Assembly: GCA_951406725.2 (NCBI GenBank)
Contig: OX597825.1
Coordinates: 186,001-250,000 of the forward strand
Length of the DNA: 64,000 nucleotides
DNA from: Octopus vulgaris
Lineage: Eukaryota
Reading direction: 5' to 3'
In this document: positions 63,132-64,000 of the stretch, in pieces
How positions within the stretch are numbered: position 1 is the first letter of the stretch
How the letters are laid out: the number at the start of each line of letters is the position of its first letter
Notes under the pieces: generated by a model
Seen by the model: only the letters and a program-made list of their open reading frames with translations
Told to the model about the DNA's origin: nothing
Databases searched by the model: none
Position numbers and translations under genes: made by a program

Positions 63132-63637
63132 ACTAACATTTCCAGTTCATCACTCTAGACTGGTAATTTTTTTTTTTAAATCAACTCTGAATGGACAAAA
63201 GGTAAAGTTAGCCTCAGCAGGATTTGAACTCAGAATGTATCAGAACAAATGGCATAAGGTATTCTGTGTGACACCCAAACAATTCTGTCAGTTTATTGCA
63301 TTTCTATTTGGTTGCTGACCTCAATCTATTATTAAAATGCAAATTTACGTCTGCTGTTGGAGATTACAGCTTTCAATGTTCTCATGTGAAATACAATGCC
63401 ATCCACGAAGAAAGAATTAGGTTGCAGATGTCTCGAGTAGAATTTCTGCAATTGCCAAACGTAATGACTATATTGATTGTCCAACAATGAACAGATAAAT
63501 ATAACAAAGAAAATTCTTGAAGTGATAGGACAGGCCAACTTAGATCAACAAATTGCTTTTATGAAAGGATTCAATAGTAATAAGCTATTAAGAAAATAAG
63601 TTATGAATAAAATTACATCATATGATATATATATATA

Positions 63638-63992
63638 TATAATCAAAATAACCAACAAGGATATCCAAGGTAGAGTAGTACAATTGTTTCATGCTACTTC
63701 ATTTTATTAAACAATGTAAGTATTACATCAGTTTTAAAATAAGTGTAAGAATGTGCATTGTCCGTTTAATTGAAAAATTCTATATGTGGCTGAAGATTGC
63801 TCAACATTTTAAAACTGATGTAATACTTACAGTGTTTAATAAAATGAAGTAGCATGAAACAACTGTACTACTCTACTTTGGATATACTTGTTGCTTATTT
63901 TGATTATAATCACCCCATTTGATTTATATGGATAATACCACACAAAATTCTGGTGCCTTTAACTTAAGTACCATATTCAACTGAATCTAAAT
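63638..63992 (+). mobile_element. Penelope-like inverted terminal remnant
   Basis: ~105-bp inverted arms after (TA)n; homolog of ~51450..51701; contains a hammerhead-like motif. Confidence 0.65.
63786..63871 (+). ncRNA. type I minimal hammerhead-ribozyme-like motif
   Basis: GTGG-CTGAAGA-tTGCT...AGCAt-GAAAC-aact-GTA-CTAC. Confidence 0.6.
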
Positions 63993-64000
63993 TTTGCTGA

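Overview
AT-rich, repeat-dense animal genomic DNA. The SINE, RTE and Helitron families look like octopus/cephalopod ones (inferred, not searched). The only host gene is the 3' part of a + strand bifunctional peptidylglycine alpha-amidating monooxygenase (PAM). Thirteen GT-AG exons with consistent phases (337..47479) encode the PHM C-terminus, the linker, the PAL lyase domain, a transmembrane helix and a cytosolic tail; the N-terminal exons lie upstream of the window. Introns and flanks hold three RTE-clade LINE families, a CR1/L2-type fragment, three SINE families, piggyBac-type and fold-back MITEs, Penelope-like inverted remnants with hammerhead-ribozyme-like motifs, a decayed ~6 kb Helitron (54777..~60910, - strand) and short non-autonomous Helitrons. 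The most notable observations are antisense LINE (CAT)n tails just downstream of many PAM donor sites, hammerhead-like motifs (including a U3-A8 core variant in PAM introns), a 598-bp palindrome after the PAM stop, a twin-priming-like RTE inversion, and candidate PAM isoform switches. Repeat boundaries are read by eye and are approximate.
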